Notes: generated from the letters alone by a model not told the origin. A stretch of 64,000 bases of DNA from Abditibacteriaceae bacterium (GCA_965277285.1 OZ255721.1:800001-864000); one strand, 5' to 3'; shown: positions 30,081 through 41,500, counted from the stretch's first letter. Made by a program: numbers and translations.

Positions 30081-31985
30081 ATGCTTGATTTCGTTTCTTT
30101 TTCTCGACCACACAAACCTTTGCGTTCTTCTTTCGCTCGTTCTGCAATCTTTCGAGTACTCGAACTTCTGCTTTTGCTCGCCGGAAGCGTTTGGTTTTTG
30201 GCTCCAGCCAACGCGCAAACTTCCGGCGACTTTCCCGTGCCGGATGCGACGCCTATGTCGCCTGTTACGGACGCAACGCCGACACCTTTTCCCATGGCGC
30301 CGAACACGCCGCCCCAAGCGCAGGCGTATGTCGTGGCGCGTCCGGGCGCCGTGGTTTCTTACGGGCGCACGATGGTTCCAGCGTCGTTTTTGGCCAATGG
30401 CTTGGGCGCATCCATCGGGCAAGTCGCGCCGGAACGTTTCCGACTGCTTTATTTTGAACACGAAGCTGCGTTCTTCCCGTATCAACACGGCGCCATTTTC
30501 GACGGCAAATCGGTCACTTTGCCTGCCGCGCCGCAGATTATCAACGGCGAACTGTATGTTCCATGGGTTCCCGTCGCACAATGGTTGGGCATCAAATGGA
30601 GCCGCGTTTCGCCTGCCGCCGCGCCCGGCACCGTCGAAAAACAAACCACGTTTTTGCTGCAATATCCTGCCGCCTTTATTGAAAACGTGCGCTCGGAAGT
30701 TTTGACGGATCGCACGCGCGTTGTTCTCACATTGAGCAACGCGACACGCATCACGGCCAGCCAAAGCGGCGTTAATACGCAGTTTTTTCTGTCCGCCGCA
30801 CGCCGCGACAATGTTCCATCCAACGTGCCGGTCAACGATTATTTGCTGCCGCGCGCCCAAATTCAAAGCGGTAACTGGCGCGCTTCGTTCCAGGCGCGCA
30901 CCAATTATGTGGCGCCCGTGCGCTGGTTCACCACAGGGTTTCCAGCGCGTCTGGTGATTGATTTTCAGCGTTTATTCGAGGAATCGAGTACTCGAGACAT
31001 CGGCGGCGGGCTGGCTTTCACCAAGATTCGAGAAGGCACAGCGCACGGGCCGGTGCAAATGTATCTGGCGCGCATCGACCCCAATCAAGGTTGGCGTTTG
31101 CGCGTGACAACTGGCGGCGCCAATGTTTTGCAGCGCGCGCGACTCTCGAAGTTGGCGCGCGCGCATCACGCTTTGATCGGCGTCAACGGCGGGTTCTTTG
31201 CGAATAATGGCGCGGCGGTCGGCGCGGTTCTGGTCAATGGCGAATGGCTGCGTTTGCCGTGGCACGCGCGCACCGCGATTGCCTTTCGTCCCGACGGCGA
31301 GGCGCGTATCGGCAATTTGCAAGCGCGCGCCACGGTTGTGTTTTCCGGCGGCTTGGAACTTCCCATCCGCGAACTGAACGGCTGGCCAAATGAGGGCGAA
31401 GTCACCGTTTTGACGCAGCGCTTCGGACATTATTACAAATTGCGAGCGGGCGAAATCGCGGTCGTAGTACGCAAAAACATCGTGCAATCGAAGCCAGGCG
31501 GCGGTGGCGTTCCGGTTTATCCCGATGGTTTCACGATTTTAGCGAGCGGCGCGGCGCGTCCCTGGCTCGACAAAATCGTGCGCGGCGAACAAGCGCAACT
31601 CAGCCTCAGCGCGCCCGGCTGGGAAGGTTTCACGAACGCCCTGGGCGGCGGCCCGCGACTGGTCAAAAACGGTCGCATCGACGTGACCGACGTGCGCGAA
31701 AACTTCCGCGAAGATGTGCGCATCGGGCTGGGGCCGCGCACCGCTTTGGGCATTGATAAATATGGGCGCTACATTTTGCTGGTCGTCGATGGCCGCCAGG
31801 GTTTTTATTCGAGCGGCCTGACGCTTCACGAATTGGCGGCGATGATGCAAAAGCTGGGCGCAGTCGATGCGATGAATCTCGATGGCGGCGGCTCAACCGC
31901 GATGGCCGTGCGCGGCGCTGTCGTCAATCGTCCATCGGATGGCGAAGAACGCCCCGTTTCCACCGTGCTGCTGGTCATGCGTTGA
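30081..31985 (+). CDS. Phosphodiester glycosidase (NAGPA-like) family secreted protein
   Basis: GVNGGFF, GGGPRLV, PRTALG, VVDGR, AMNLDGGGST. Confidence 0.85.
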   Translation: MLDFVSFSRPHKPLRSSFARSAIFRVLELLLLLAGSVWFLAPANAQTSGDFPVPDATPMSPVTDATPTPFPMAPNTPPQAQAYVVARPGAVVSYGRTMVPASFLANGLGASIGQVAPERFRLLYFEHEAAFFPYQHGAIFDGKSVTLPAAPQIINGELYVPWVPVAQWLGIKWSRVSPAAAPGTVEKQTTFLLQYPAAFIENVRSEVLTDRTRVVLTLSNATRITASQSGVNTQFFLSAARRDNVPSNVPVNDYLLPRAQIQSGNWRASFQARTNYVAPVRWFTTGFPARLVIDFQRLFEESSTRDIGGGLAFTKIREGTAHGPVQMYLARIDPNQGWRLRVTTGGANVLQRARLSKLARAHHALIGVNGGFFANNGAAVGAVLVNGEWLRLPWHARTAIAFRPDGEARIGNLQARATVVFSGGLELPIRELNGWPNEGEVTVLTQRFGHYYKLRAGEIAVVVRKNIVQSKPGGGGVPVYPDGFTILASGAARPWLDKIVRGEQAQLSLSAPGWEGFTNALGGGPRLVKNGRIDVTDVRENFREDVRIGLGPRTALGIDKYGRYILLVVDGRQGFYSSGLTLHELAAMMQKLGAVDAMNLDGGGSTAMAVRGAVVNRPSDGEERPVSTVLLVMR

Positions 31986-32028
31986 GCAATATCGAGTACT
32001 CGATGGTGCTGAATTATAAGGAACAACG

Positions 32029-32469
32029 ATGCGCGTTAAGAAACTGATTTTGTCGGCATTGCTTGCCCTTCTCTTCTTCTTTGCGGTTCAACGCTGGAGA
32101 ACTTTTCAGCGGAATCGTGACGAGTTTCGGCGCGACAAATTGAGAGATGTCGCTTTCACGCTGGCGGGCGCCAATACGACGGATTGCGGTCGCGTCGCCA
32201 AAGGTTCATCTTCCGATGGCGAATACGATGTCGCACAGTCACAGGAAACCGTTGATGGTTGCGCGGTCGCCGCCTTCAAAGCGCGCAAACCGTTCGTCGC
32301 TCGCTTCGATATGGACACAAAACCTTCTTATCAAGCGTTTGTCGGCACGGGGCAAGGCCAGCTTTACGTCATTTCTACGAACCAGCCAAATATCATCAGC
32401 ACGATGCAGCGAAGTTTGATCGCCAAACCGCAAATCGTTCGGCTAAATGGACACGATCAACTTCGTTGA
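32029..32469 (+). CDS. Hypothetical exported protein
   Basis: RBS aagga, N-terminal hydrophobic segment. Confidence 0.55.
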   Translation: MRVKKLILSALLALLFFFAVQRWRTFQRNRDEFRRDKLRDVAFTLAGANTTDCGRVAKGSSSDGEYDVAQSQETVDGCAVAAFKARKPFVARFDMDTKPSYQAFVGTGQGQLYVISTNQPNIISTMQRSLIAKPQIVRLNGHDQLR

Positions 32470-32475
32470 AGTGAA

Positions 32476-32904
32476 TTGAGATACGCGGTTTTGGATAGAG
32501 GTTTCAAATTTTTGAAGCGTTTTATGAAGTGGAACCGGAAAAATGAGCGATGGCAGCACCTTTTGGAAGAAGAAACACGGCGACTTACAGCGCTTCCGCC
32601 GGAAGAGTTGCGCGCGTTAAAAAACTTCACATTGTGCAAAATCTCGAACGCTTTTAATTACGGTCTCTGGCATTTGGTGCAGACGAAAAGTATCACATCC
32701 GAACCCGAAAAAACTCATGCCCAGGCGCAGATAAATCACGCACATGGAATTGTCGATGCTGAACACGAAATTCACTGCTTTGTTCTGCAAGCTCAGCGAA
32801 AGTGGTTTCTCGGCATTTACCAAAATTATCTGGCAGGTTTTGCGCTTGATAGTGCAGACCAAATCGTTCCAATTGCCGATGATATTCTTTATTCCTATGA
32901 CTGA
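32476..32904 (+). CDS. Hypothetical protein
   Basis: AT-richer ORF filling the gap; start uncertain. Confidence 0.45.
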   Translation: MRYAVLDRGFKFLKRFMKWNRKNERWQHLLEEETRRLTALPPEELRALKNFTLCKISNAFNYGLWHLVQTKSITSEPEKTHAQAQINHAHGIVDAEHEIHCFVLQAQRKWFLGIYQNYLAGFALDSADQIVPIADDILYSYD

Positions 32905-33003
32905 TTTACCGAAATTAAATCCCGAATAAAAGCGTCATCGTTCACAAACCTCAATCGAGTACTCGATTCGCCAACGCAACGCGCGCGACGGGTCAAGCGT
33001 TCA

Positions 33004-34503
33004 ATGGGAACTTCGAGGAACGTGCAACCAAACAGAGTTTCCATTGGCGGTGAAATGGCAGATCAGTCGGCGGAGTTGATGGCGTGCGCAAAGCGCCTGA
33101 GTTTTCCCGAACCTTTCGAGGAGCAGTTCCGCGAGGATTATTACCATAAATCCATCGGGCTTTGTCGCGGCGCATTGGCCGCCTCAGTCTTCATTTTCAT
33201 GTTGTTCGGCGTGCTCGATCCGTACACCATTCCCTCGTCGCTTCATAAAATCTGGTTCATTCGCTACGGTCTGGTGGCGCCGTTTTGCCTGGCGATAGTC
33301 GTGCTCAGCTTTTTGCCGCGATTGCACCGTTTCATGCAGCCCGCGATGAGTGCCGGTTTGCTGGCGACCGGCGGCGGTTTGCTGGGCATGGTTTTGCTGT
33401 CCAAGCCCACGGAACTGGGTTTCATACTTTATCCATTAGGGCTTTTGCTGGTCGTCATGGTCGGATATTCGTTTTTGCGATTGCGCTTCTGGTACGCGAC
33501 GTTTTCCAACCTGCTGCTGGCCGTCACATATTTCGTTTGCGCCTTGTGGATTCAGAATATTCTTCATTTGCCCAACGGTTTGCCGGTTTTTGTGTCCAAT
33601 GGTTTTTTTATTTGCGGCGCCAACATCGTCGGCATGGCTTCCTGTTATTTTCTGGAATTGTATGCGCGCCGCGTTTTCGTCGTCAATTATCTGCTCGATG
33701 AGGAGCGCAAAGGCGAACGGCAACAGCGCGAAAAAACCGAGGCGATGCTGAAGATTTTGAGCCAGGCGATTGGCGGCATCGTGCACGATCTGGGAAACCC
33801 GCTGACGACGATTCAAATGGGCGCGCAAACCATGCAATCGTTTCTCGAAATGGGCGAGGCCGATCCCGCGACGCTGGGCGAATTGTCGGGCATGATCGTT
33901 GGCGGCACGCAAATGCTCGATCACCTGCGCTTGTCGTTGATGGAACAAACGCGCGTTCTCGAAGGCCTGCCGATTCCCGTCAACTTGCAGCCGACTTCTC
34001 TGCGCGGAGTCATCGAAGCGGGCGTGCAATATCAAAAACCGCGCTTCATTCATGGACGCCAGGTCGTTTTAAGCGGCGAAGAACACGAAGTTTCGGTCGA
34101 CTCGATGAAGCTGACCAGCGTTTTTATGAACTTGATTGGCAACGCTCTCAAATACAGCGACGGCAAAGTTCATGTCGCGTGGAAGATGACCGACAAGCAT
34201 TTGATGATTTCCATCGCCGATCAAGGGCGCGACGGACGCGGTCTTTCGCAAGCGCAAGCGGAACGACTTTTTGTGGCCTTTGGACGCCTGGAAAATCATG
34301 CAGAAATCGAAGGCACCGGTTTGGGTTTGCTTTCGGTGCGACGCATCGTCGAAGCGCACGGCGGCGAAGTTTTCGTCGAAGGCCGCGCCGAAAACGTGCC
34401 GAAGTCCACCATTTTTACGACCGCGCAAAACTCTTATCCGTCGATGCTGCATCTCGATTTCCGCACCGCTTTCGTCGTCACGATTCCCGCACCAACGGCA
34501 TAA
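33004..34503 (+). CDS. Membrane sensor histidine kinase
   Basis: About 6 TM segments, IVHDLGNPL H-box, NLIGNALKY, DQG, GTGLGL. Confidence 0.88.
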   Translation: MGTSRNVQPNRVSIGGEMADQSAELMACAKRLSFPEPFEEQFREDYYHKSIGLCRGALAASVFIFMLFGVLDPYTIPSSLHKIWFIRYGLVAPFCLAIVVLSFLPRLHRFMQPAMSAGLLATGGGLLGMVLLSKPTELGFILYPLGLLLVVMVGYSFLRLRFWYATFSNLLLAVTYFVCALWIQNILHLPNGLPVFVSNGFFICGANIVGMASCYFLELYARRVFVVNYLLDEERKGERQQREKTEAMLKILSQAIGGIVHDLGNPLTTIQMGAQTMQSFLEMGEADPATLGELSGMIVGGTQMLDHLRLSLMEQTRVLEGLPIPVNLQPTSLRGVIEAGVQYQKPRFIHGRQVVLSGEEHEVSVDSMKLTSVFMNLIGNALKYSDGKVHVAWKMTDKHLMISIADQGRDGRGLSQAQAERLFVAFGRLENHAEIEGTGLGLLSVRRIVEAHGGEVFVEGRAENVPKSTIFTTAQNSYPSMLHLDFRTAFVVTIPAPTA

Positions 34504-34610
34504 CTTCAATTGTCGTTCAAGGTGCAAACGGCATTTCGAGTACTCGATTGTGTCGAATGCAGCGTTCTGTCGGACTAATTATTAACCATTGCGCTTGACC
34601 AAAACGGGTT

Positions 34611-35105
34611 TCATTGAGGATCAAGGCCAGTTAAATACTGTTGGCAATCCGAAGTAGTTTGGCCATCGCCAGCATAATTAGTTGGATTGTAATATCGCAT
34701 CATATTGCTGTAGTAACGCAGGTCGGCCAAGGGCTGGCTGCCTCGAAAGAAGATCAGGCAATGTTTACTGTAACTTGAAGCTACGCAGGCAGAGGTATCA
34801 CGCTTGAACCAGTGATTGGTATCCAGCGCAGCAACCAAGGACTTGAGCTTTGCCTCTCGCAGAATCAATTGCGCCGGCTTAGTAGCTATCGATTGGTGGA
34901 AGAGAGCGACATTTTCTGGATCATCAGGACAACTTGGATCAATGACTTGAGTGTAAAGCCTCGCTTCGGTGGCCACAGAAAGACTTGCACGCAACTTCAA
35001 TGTTGCTGCGCTTGGTGGAGCTACCGGCTCCCTTTTGAGGAAAAAGCCCAGCACGCCAAACGCCGTCACCGATACTCCAATTAAAATTGCTACTTTCAGT
35101 TTCAT
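34611..35105 (-). CDS. Hypothetical exported protein
   Basis: N-terminal TM segment, atypical composition. Confidence 0.55.
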   Translation of the reverse strand: MKLKVAILIGVSVTAFGVLGFFLKREPVAPPSAATLKLRASLSVATEARLYTQVIDPSCPDDPENVALFHQSIATKPAQLILREAKLKSLVAALDTNHWFKRDTSACVASSYSKHCLIFFRGSQPLADLRYYSNMMRYYNPTNYAGDGQTTSDCQQYLTGLDPQ

Positions 35106-35213
35106 GCGTTCTATTTTCTCTCATTGCTGTGATGACTCGCTATAAAGTCGCCCGCAACCAGATTCGAGTATCTCGATTGGCACCAACACGAGCGCGGTTT
35201 CTGACATAATCAG

Positions 35214-36872
35214 TTGGTGATTTCTTCCCGTCTTCGCTGGATTCCACTCATTTTGTTCGTCGTCGCTTTCGCCGTTCGTGTCATCGGCTTGAGTTGGGGT
35301 TTGCCGACGAGCGAACGATTTTACTCGTATCATCCTGATGAGCGACAAATGCTGGGCGCGATTGCCAGCGTTTTAGGTGGCGATCTCAATCCGCATTTTT
35401 TCAATTATCCCAGCCTCTTCATTTACCTGGCGACGCTGGTGCATTTTGTGGCGAGCGGCTTTTTCGCGTCCGGCACCAGCGTGTGGGCGCTGTCGCACGA
35501 TGTTCTGCTTCATGCGCGATTTCTTGGCGCCTTGTTCGGCGCGCTGACAGTTCCCGTTGTGTTCGGTTTGGGACGCGAAATCGGTGGCATCAAAGTCGGA
35601 GTTTTGGCGGCGCTTTTTGTGTGTTTCGCGCCAGCGCACGTTCAGCATTCGCATTTTGCGACGGTTGATGTGGCGGCCATGTTCTGGGTCGCGCTGTCGA
35701 TTCTTTTCGCCACGCGCGCTTTGAAGCCAGAAGATCCTGCGACGAAACTTTTGCTGCTCTCTGCTTTGTGCGCCGGTCTGGGTGTGGCCACCAAATACAA
35801 TGCTGTCCTGGTTTTGATCGCGCCAATTGTCGCTGCTTTTCTCATCGAGTACTCGAATGGGACAATTGCGAAACGTGCACAATTAACGCTTAATATCGTT
35901 GGTGTGGCGATTGTCGGATTTTTAATCGGTTGTCCGTTCAGCGTTTTGAGTTTCAAGGAATTTTGGGGCGATAGCAAAAACGTTGGCGTGGCGTATGAAC
36001 TTTTGGTGCATCCCAAGCAGGGCAGCGGCGATATTTTCACGAACACGGGCAATGGTTGGTGGTATCACGCGACGTTCAATCTGCCGTTTGTGCTAACGGC
36101 GCCGGTTGCGATTGCGGCGTTTTGCGGCATCGGTTTGGTGTTGACCAGAATGCTTGGGACGCGCAAAACGGGTTTCAGTGACAATCGAGTACTCGTTCCG
36201 ACTGTGGCGTTTGCGCTGCTTTATTTTGGCACTTTGGGATTGTCTCAAGTGCGTTTTCTGCGCTATGTTTTGCCGCTGGTTCCCGCGCTGGCGATTTTCG
36301 CGGCGTTGTTCGTCAAATTCCTCGCCACAAAATTGAGAAGCCAAAGTTTTGCGACGGGCATTGCCGCCATTTTATTGCTTGTCTGCGCGATAGGAACGTT
36401 TGACGTTGTGTGGCCTTTGACGCAAACCGATCCGCGCGATCAGGCGAAACATTGGATGGATGCGCAAAACGACGCGACGCCGCTTTCCGTTGGCCTGGCC
36501 GATGCGCAAACGCCTTTGTGGTTTTATACGCCGCCGTTTTGGTCGCACGATGCGCCGCCAGGTTCGCCGTTTTCGTGGCAAGACGAAAAATATGTGCCAC
36601 GCAATCCGCGCTACGATTTGCGCGCGCTTGGTTTGGATGCGTCGGCTTTGCAGAAAAATCGTCCGCGCTATTTCGTATGGAGCGAATTTCAATGGCGCGA
36701 ACGCGAACGTTTGAATGATCTTTCGGTCGCACAATTGCGACGACAATTGGCAATCGAGTACTCGATGCGCTCTTTTCATAACGAAACGCCGCTGCAACTT
36801 CCAGGACGCGCTTTGGTGCCGCACGATTTTCTTTATACCAATCCGCGCGTCGAAGTGTGGGCGCGCAAATAA
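35214..36872 (+). CDS. GT39/ArnT-like membrane glycosyltransferase
   Basis: WGLP, HPDE, NPHFFNYP, HSHFATVD, ATKYN, RYVLP. Confidence 0.8.
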   Translation: MVISSRLRWIPLILFVVAFAVRVIGLSWGLPTSERFYSYHPDERQMLGAIASVLGGDLNPHFFNYPSLFIYLATLVHFVASGFFASGTSVWALSHDVLLHARFLGALFGALTVPVVFGLGREIGGIKVGVLAALFVCFAPAHVQHSHFATVDVAAMFWVALSILFATRALKPEDPATKLLLLSALCAGLGVATKYNAVLVLIAPIVAAFLIEYSNGTIAKRAQLTLNIVGVAIVGFLIGCPFSVLSFKEFWGDSKNVGVAYELLVHPKQGSGDIFTNTGNGWWYHATFNLPFVLTAPVAIAAFCGIGLVLTRMLGTRKTGFSDNRVLVPTVAFALLYFGTLGLSQVRFLRYVLPLVPALAIFAALFVKFLATKLRSQSFATGIAAILLLVCAIGTFDVVWPLTQTDPRDQAKHWMDAQNDATPLSVGLADAQTPLWFYTPPFWSHDAPPGSPFSWQDEKYVPRNPRYDLRALGLDASALQKNRPRYFVWSEFQWRERERLNDLSVAQLRRQLAIEYSMRSFHNETPLQLPGRALVPHDFLYTNPRVEVWARK

Positions 36873-36882
36873 ACGTCGTTGC

Positions 36883-36957
36883 AACGAACCCGAAGCGTGA
36901 GCGACGGGGCTTTCATTAAAATCATGCAAGACCCGTCGCTCACGCTTCGGGTTCGTT
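36883..36957. repeat. REP-like hairpin (CCCGAAGCGTGAGCG family)
   Basis: aacgaacccgaagcgtgagcgacggg / cccgtcgctcacgcttcgggttcgtt. Confidence 0.8.
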
Positions 36958-36963
36958 TGGATG

Positions 36964-36992
36964 TTGACGATACCGTTGTCAACATCTAAAAT
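36964..36992 (+). promoter_or_regulatory. sigma70-like promoter of purA
   Basis: TTGACG-N17-TAAAAT. Confidence 0.6.
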
Positions 36993-37026
36993 AGGAAGGT
37001 TCTTTCAACAAAGATATGAGGTTTTT

Positions 37027-38325
37027 ATGGGTTCGTTAGTCGTGGTTGGAGCGCAGTGGGGCGATGAAGGCAAAGGGCGCGTCGTCGATTTATTGAGCGA
37101 AAACGCCGATGTGGTGGCGCGTTTTCAGGGCGGCGCGAACGCCGGTCACACCATCGTCGCCGAGGGCGTCGAATATATTTTGCACTTGATTCCAAGTGGC
37201 ATCGTGCGCGGCAAAATCTGCCTAATTGGCAACGGCGTCGTTATCGATTTGCCGACGCTCTTCGAGGAAATGGAAACCGTCGAAAAGCAAGGCATTGTGC
37301 TCAAAGACAAATTGTTTATTAGCGACCGCGCGCACTTAACTTTGCCATATCATCGTTTGCTGGACGCCGAGCGCGAAGCGTCCAATCCGGCGCGTAAAAT
37401 TGGTACGACAATGCGCGGCATCGGGCCGACATACGTCGATAAAATGATGCGCATCGGTGTGCGCGTCGGCGACTTGTTCGAGCCGGAAGTGTTGGCCGAA
37501 AAAATCGCCGCCAACTGGGAAGAAAAAACCCACGGCTTGGGACATCTGACCGAAGAACAGCGTCCGCACCCGGATCGAGTACTCGAAAGCTATTTAGAAT
37601 ACGCTGAACGCTTGAGACCTTTCGTGCGCGATTGCACCTTGATTTTGGAAAAGGCGCGGCGTGCGAATCAAAACATTTTGTTTGAAGGCGCGCAAGGCAC
37701 CGGACTCGACATCGACTTTGGAACTTATCCTTATGTGACGAGTTCCAACACGATTGCGGGCGGCGCGTGTACTGGCGCCGGTGTCGGGCCAACGAGCATC
37801 GATCATGTCGCGGGCATCGCCAAAGCGTACACAACGCGCGTCGGCGAAGGGCCGTTTCCGACTTTGATGGAAAGCGAAACCGAAGAGCGTTGTCGCCAGA
37901 TCGGACACGAATTTGGCGCCACGACCGGACGCAAACGTTTGTGCGGCTGGTTCGATGCGAGCTTGGTGCGCCACGCCGCGCGCGTCAATGGACTGAGCAG
38001 TTTGATTATCACGAAGTTGGATGTGCTGGACAGTTTCGAGCAGATCAAGATTTGCACGGGCTACAAGCGCAAAGGAGAAATGGTCGAAGGTTTTCCGTCT
38101 TCGCTGCGCGTTTTGAGCGAGTGCGAGCCAGTCTACGAAACCTTGCCGGGCTGGAAAACGCCGACTGGACAAGCGCGCACGATGCACGATCTGCCGGACA
38201 ATGCGCGGCGCTACATCGAGCGACTGGAAGAAGTCACGCAGGTTCCGGTTTCGCTGGTTTCGGTCAGCCCGTCGCGCGAAAGTTACATCGCGCTGGACGA
38301 ATCGCTTTTGACTTACAATTATTGA
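37027..38325 (+). CDS. purA: Adenylosuccinate synthetase
   Basis: GAQWGDEGKG, GGANAGHT, IGTTMRGIGP, FEGAQG, GTYPYVTSS, EFGATTGR. Confidence 0.97.
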   Translation: MGSLVVVGAQWGDEGKGRVVDLLSENADVVARFQGGANAGHTIVAEGVEYILHLIPSGIVRGKICLIGNGVVIDLPTLFEEMETVEKQGIVLKDKLFISDRAHLTLPYHRLLDAEREASNPARKIGTTMRGIGPTYVDKMMRIGVRVGDLFEPEVLAEKIAANWEEKTHGLGHLTEEQRPHPDRVLESYLEYAERLRPFVRDCTLILEKARRANQNILFEGAQGTGLDIDFGTYPYVTSSNTIAGGACTGAGVGPTSIDHVAGIAKAYTTRVGEGPFPTLMESETEERCRQIGHEFGATTGRKRLCGWFDASLVRHAARVNGLSSLIITKLDVLDSFEQIKICTGYKRKGEMVEGFPSSLRVLSECEPVYETLPGWKTPTGQARTMHDLPDNARRYIERLEEVTQVPVSLVSVSPSRESYIALDESLLTYNY

Positions 38326-38339
38326 ATTTGCAGGAGCGG

Positions 38340-38376
38340 AAAGGGCAATCGAGTACTCGATTGCCCTTTTTATTTG
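38340..38376 (+). terminator. Intrinsic terminator of purA centred on the 12-mer
   Basis: 30-bp perfect palindrome aaagggcaatcgagtactcgattgcccttt ending in a T-rich tract. Confidence 0.75.
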
Positions 38377-38505
38377 GCGGATGATTGGTGTCTTTGCGCG
38401 CCGCGCTTTGTCGAGATTTGTCTGCATCGTATTTGATGCGGTGTTTGAGTCTGGGGCGTTCGTGGTATAATGATGTCACTCATTCGTGTAATCAAGGAAT
38501 TTGTC

Positions 38506-41500
38506 ATGAGTAACTCTTCAAGCAGCAACAGCGCACCCCGTTTTCTGCGCGCTTCCGCGGCTTTTGCACTTAAAATAGGTGCTGCTGCGCTCGCGTTGGG
38601 AACGATGGGCGCGCTCTCGAAATCTGCTTCAGCGGCTGAAACCGTTCAGGCTTTACGAACTTACAAAGGCTCCGAATTATTGGTGACCTTCAAAAGCGGC
38701 GCTGCCTCGCAGGGTTCGCATATCAGCAACTTGCGCGTCGGGGCGAAAGGCGTTGAATCGTATCCGATGTTTCGCACCCAAAAAGTCGCGCTGCCCGCTG
38801 GCATGACGGTCGCGCAGGCGATTTCTTTGTACAGCCAGGATCCAAACGTCCTCCTGGCACAACCGAACTACCGCTACAAACTGCTGAGCACGCCAAATTA
38901 TTTGCCGTGGGTTGGCAATCCAAGTGATAGCAGTGGTGGTGGCGGTACTGGTGGCGGCACAACTTCCAGCAATACCGTGAAGCCGAACGATCCGCTTTAT
39001 GGCAGTCAATATGCGCTGAAGAAGATCAGCGCACCGCAGGCGTGGAAGATCACAACGGGTAGAGGCGATGTCGTAGTTGCAGTACTCGATTCCGGCATTC
39101 GTTACACGCATCAAGACTTGAGCGCCAACATTTGGAACAACGTATTGCGTACAGTCAACGGAGCGCCACAAGGCGAAATTCCGGGCAACGGCATCGATGA
39201 CGATGGCAACGGCTATATCGACGATTATCATGGCATCAATGCCGTGGCGGGTAATTCCGATCCCAATGACGATAATGGTCATGGCACACATGTTTCCGGT
39301 ATTATTGGCGCCGTTGGCAATAACAAAATTGGAGTTACTGGTGTCAACTGGAAGGTTCAGTTGATGGCCTTGAAGTGCTTTGGCGCTGATGGCACAGGAA
39401 CAACCGCCAATATCATTACGGGCTTGCAATACGCGATTGACATGAAGACTAATCGTGGTGTCAACCTGCGCGTTATCAACTGCAGCTTCGGCTCAGCGGA
39501 AGTTCTGGGACAAGCGGCTGATCCATTGGAAATGCAAGCTTTCAGCGCAGCCGGTGACGCTGGCATTTTGGTCACAGCCGCAGCTGGCAACGATGGACAA
39601 GATAACGCCAACGTGGCGAATTTTCCGTCGAACTACGCCTTGCCGAACATGATTTCCGTAGCGGCCACCGATCAAAACGACAAGTTGGCCTCGTTCTCCA
39701 ATTATGGCGGACAAACGGTTAACCTTGCGGCGCCGGGCGTCAAGATTCTCAGCACCTACGCGTTTAAGGAAACGGTTGCGCCGACCGCTACGCCAACGGG
39801 GACGGCGGCAGCGACGCCAACCGCAACACCGGTCATCATCGAAATACCCAGTAACAAAGCCTACAAGTACTTGAGTGGCACCTCGATGGCGACGCCTTTC
39901 GTTACTGGGACAGCTGCTTTGATCTGGTCAATGTACCCCAATTTGACGGTCGCACAAGTCAGAAACGAGATTTTGTCCAGTGTTGACGTCTTGCCGAGTC
40001 TGCAAGGCAAAGTTACGACAAACGGGCGCTTGAACGCTTATAGAGCTCTCGTATTTGCTGGAAACGACAACGCTGGTACCGCCAATCCGACACCTACCGG
40101 AACAGCAACGGCGACTGCAACGGCAACGGCGACTGCAACGGCCACTGCAACGGCCACACCTGGCGTTGTCTTGCAACCACCAGTAAGCCCAACAGTACAA
40201 GCTCCAGGTCTGATCGCCTTTGATGCTCTGGGCGATCCAACCCAACGCGACATATTCACCATTGGGCCAAATGGCGGTGCGAAAACAAACATCACCAACA
40301 ACTCGGCAGACGATTTTCAGCCTAATGCTGGTCTGCGCTCGGGCAAACTTGTCTTCACCTCCAATTTGGCAGACGTGACAGGCGCCTTTCAGTCGAGTAA
40401 CAACGAAATCTACATGACGACGATCACGAACAGTGGCGGCGTAACGCCCGCCGTTCGCTTGACGAAGAACAACGTGGACGATTCGGATCCTGCACTGAGC
40501 CCAGACGGAACCAAGGTCGTGTTCGTTTCGGATCGTGACGATGATCCTACTACGGGCGCCGTCGAATACGAACTGTACATGATGAACTTGAACATTCGGG
40601 GAACTGACGGCTATCCTCAGGTGACGCGCCTAACCTACGGCGGTAACTTCCAGCGCAATAACGCTTCATTCTTGCAAGGTCCGATCGATAGTGGCGAAGG
40701 GGCCGTTGAAGACAGCCATAACCCGAACTTGGGACAACCGATCTGGCGTCCTGACGGCCAAGTTATTGCCTTCACCTCAAATCGGCCTATTGTCACAAAT
40801 GGAGTGGTTGAAGCTCGCAACAGCGACATCTACGTGATGACACCCGATGGAGCGAACCAGACCAACCTGACCGCAAACCTGATGACAACGGTTTACACCT
40901 TCAATGAGTCAACAGGTGGCATTAGCTCTACCACGCGACCTGCTGATAACCGGAACCCGACTGTCAGTATTTATGGCCAGATTGCTTTCTCATCGAATGT
41001 CGAAGATGGCGATTCGTATCCGCGTGGCTATGTCACGTATGTAAGTGCCGCCAATAGTTTCGGCTCAGGTGCTGGATTCTACGATCCCCGCGATTTGCCG
41101 AGACAACCAAGTCCCACGGGAGTAACTCCAGTAGACCTAGGTAGTCCTGGAACAAAAGTCACTGGCTATGACTTAGCCACGTTGGGAACTAACAACTACG
41201 ATTTGTATGTTGTCAACTCGAATGGTAACGGGCCGAATGTGCCGCCTGGAGCGCAGCCAACCCCTTCGACTGACACCGTTGTTCCAACAGGCACCTCGAC
41301 TTTCCCAACGTTCTACGTGTTGCGTGGTCTAGTGGTACCGACCCGCATAACGCGCGACTTCCGTGAGTCGGATCGTTCGATTCAGGACCCGGTAGTTTAC
41401 GACTCGAAGGGCGCGCCACAGCCGCGTCAGTATCCCAACGGTAGTGGAGGGTTTGAAGACGCTTACTCCAGCCCAGATCATACCGGATCCTATCTGGTAG

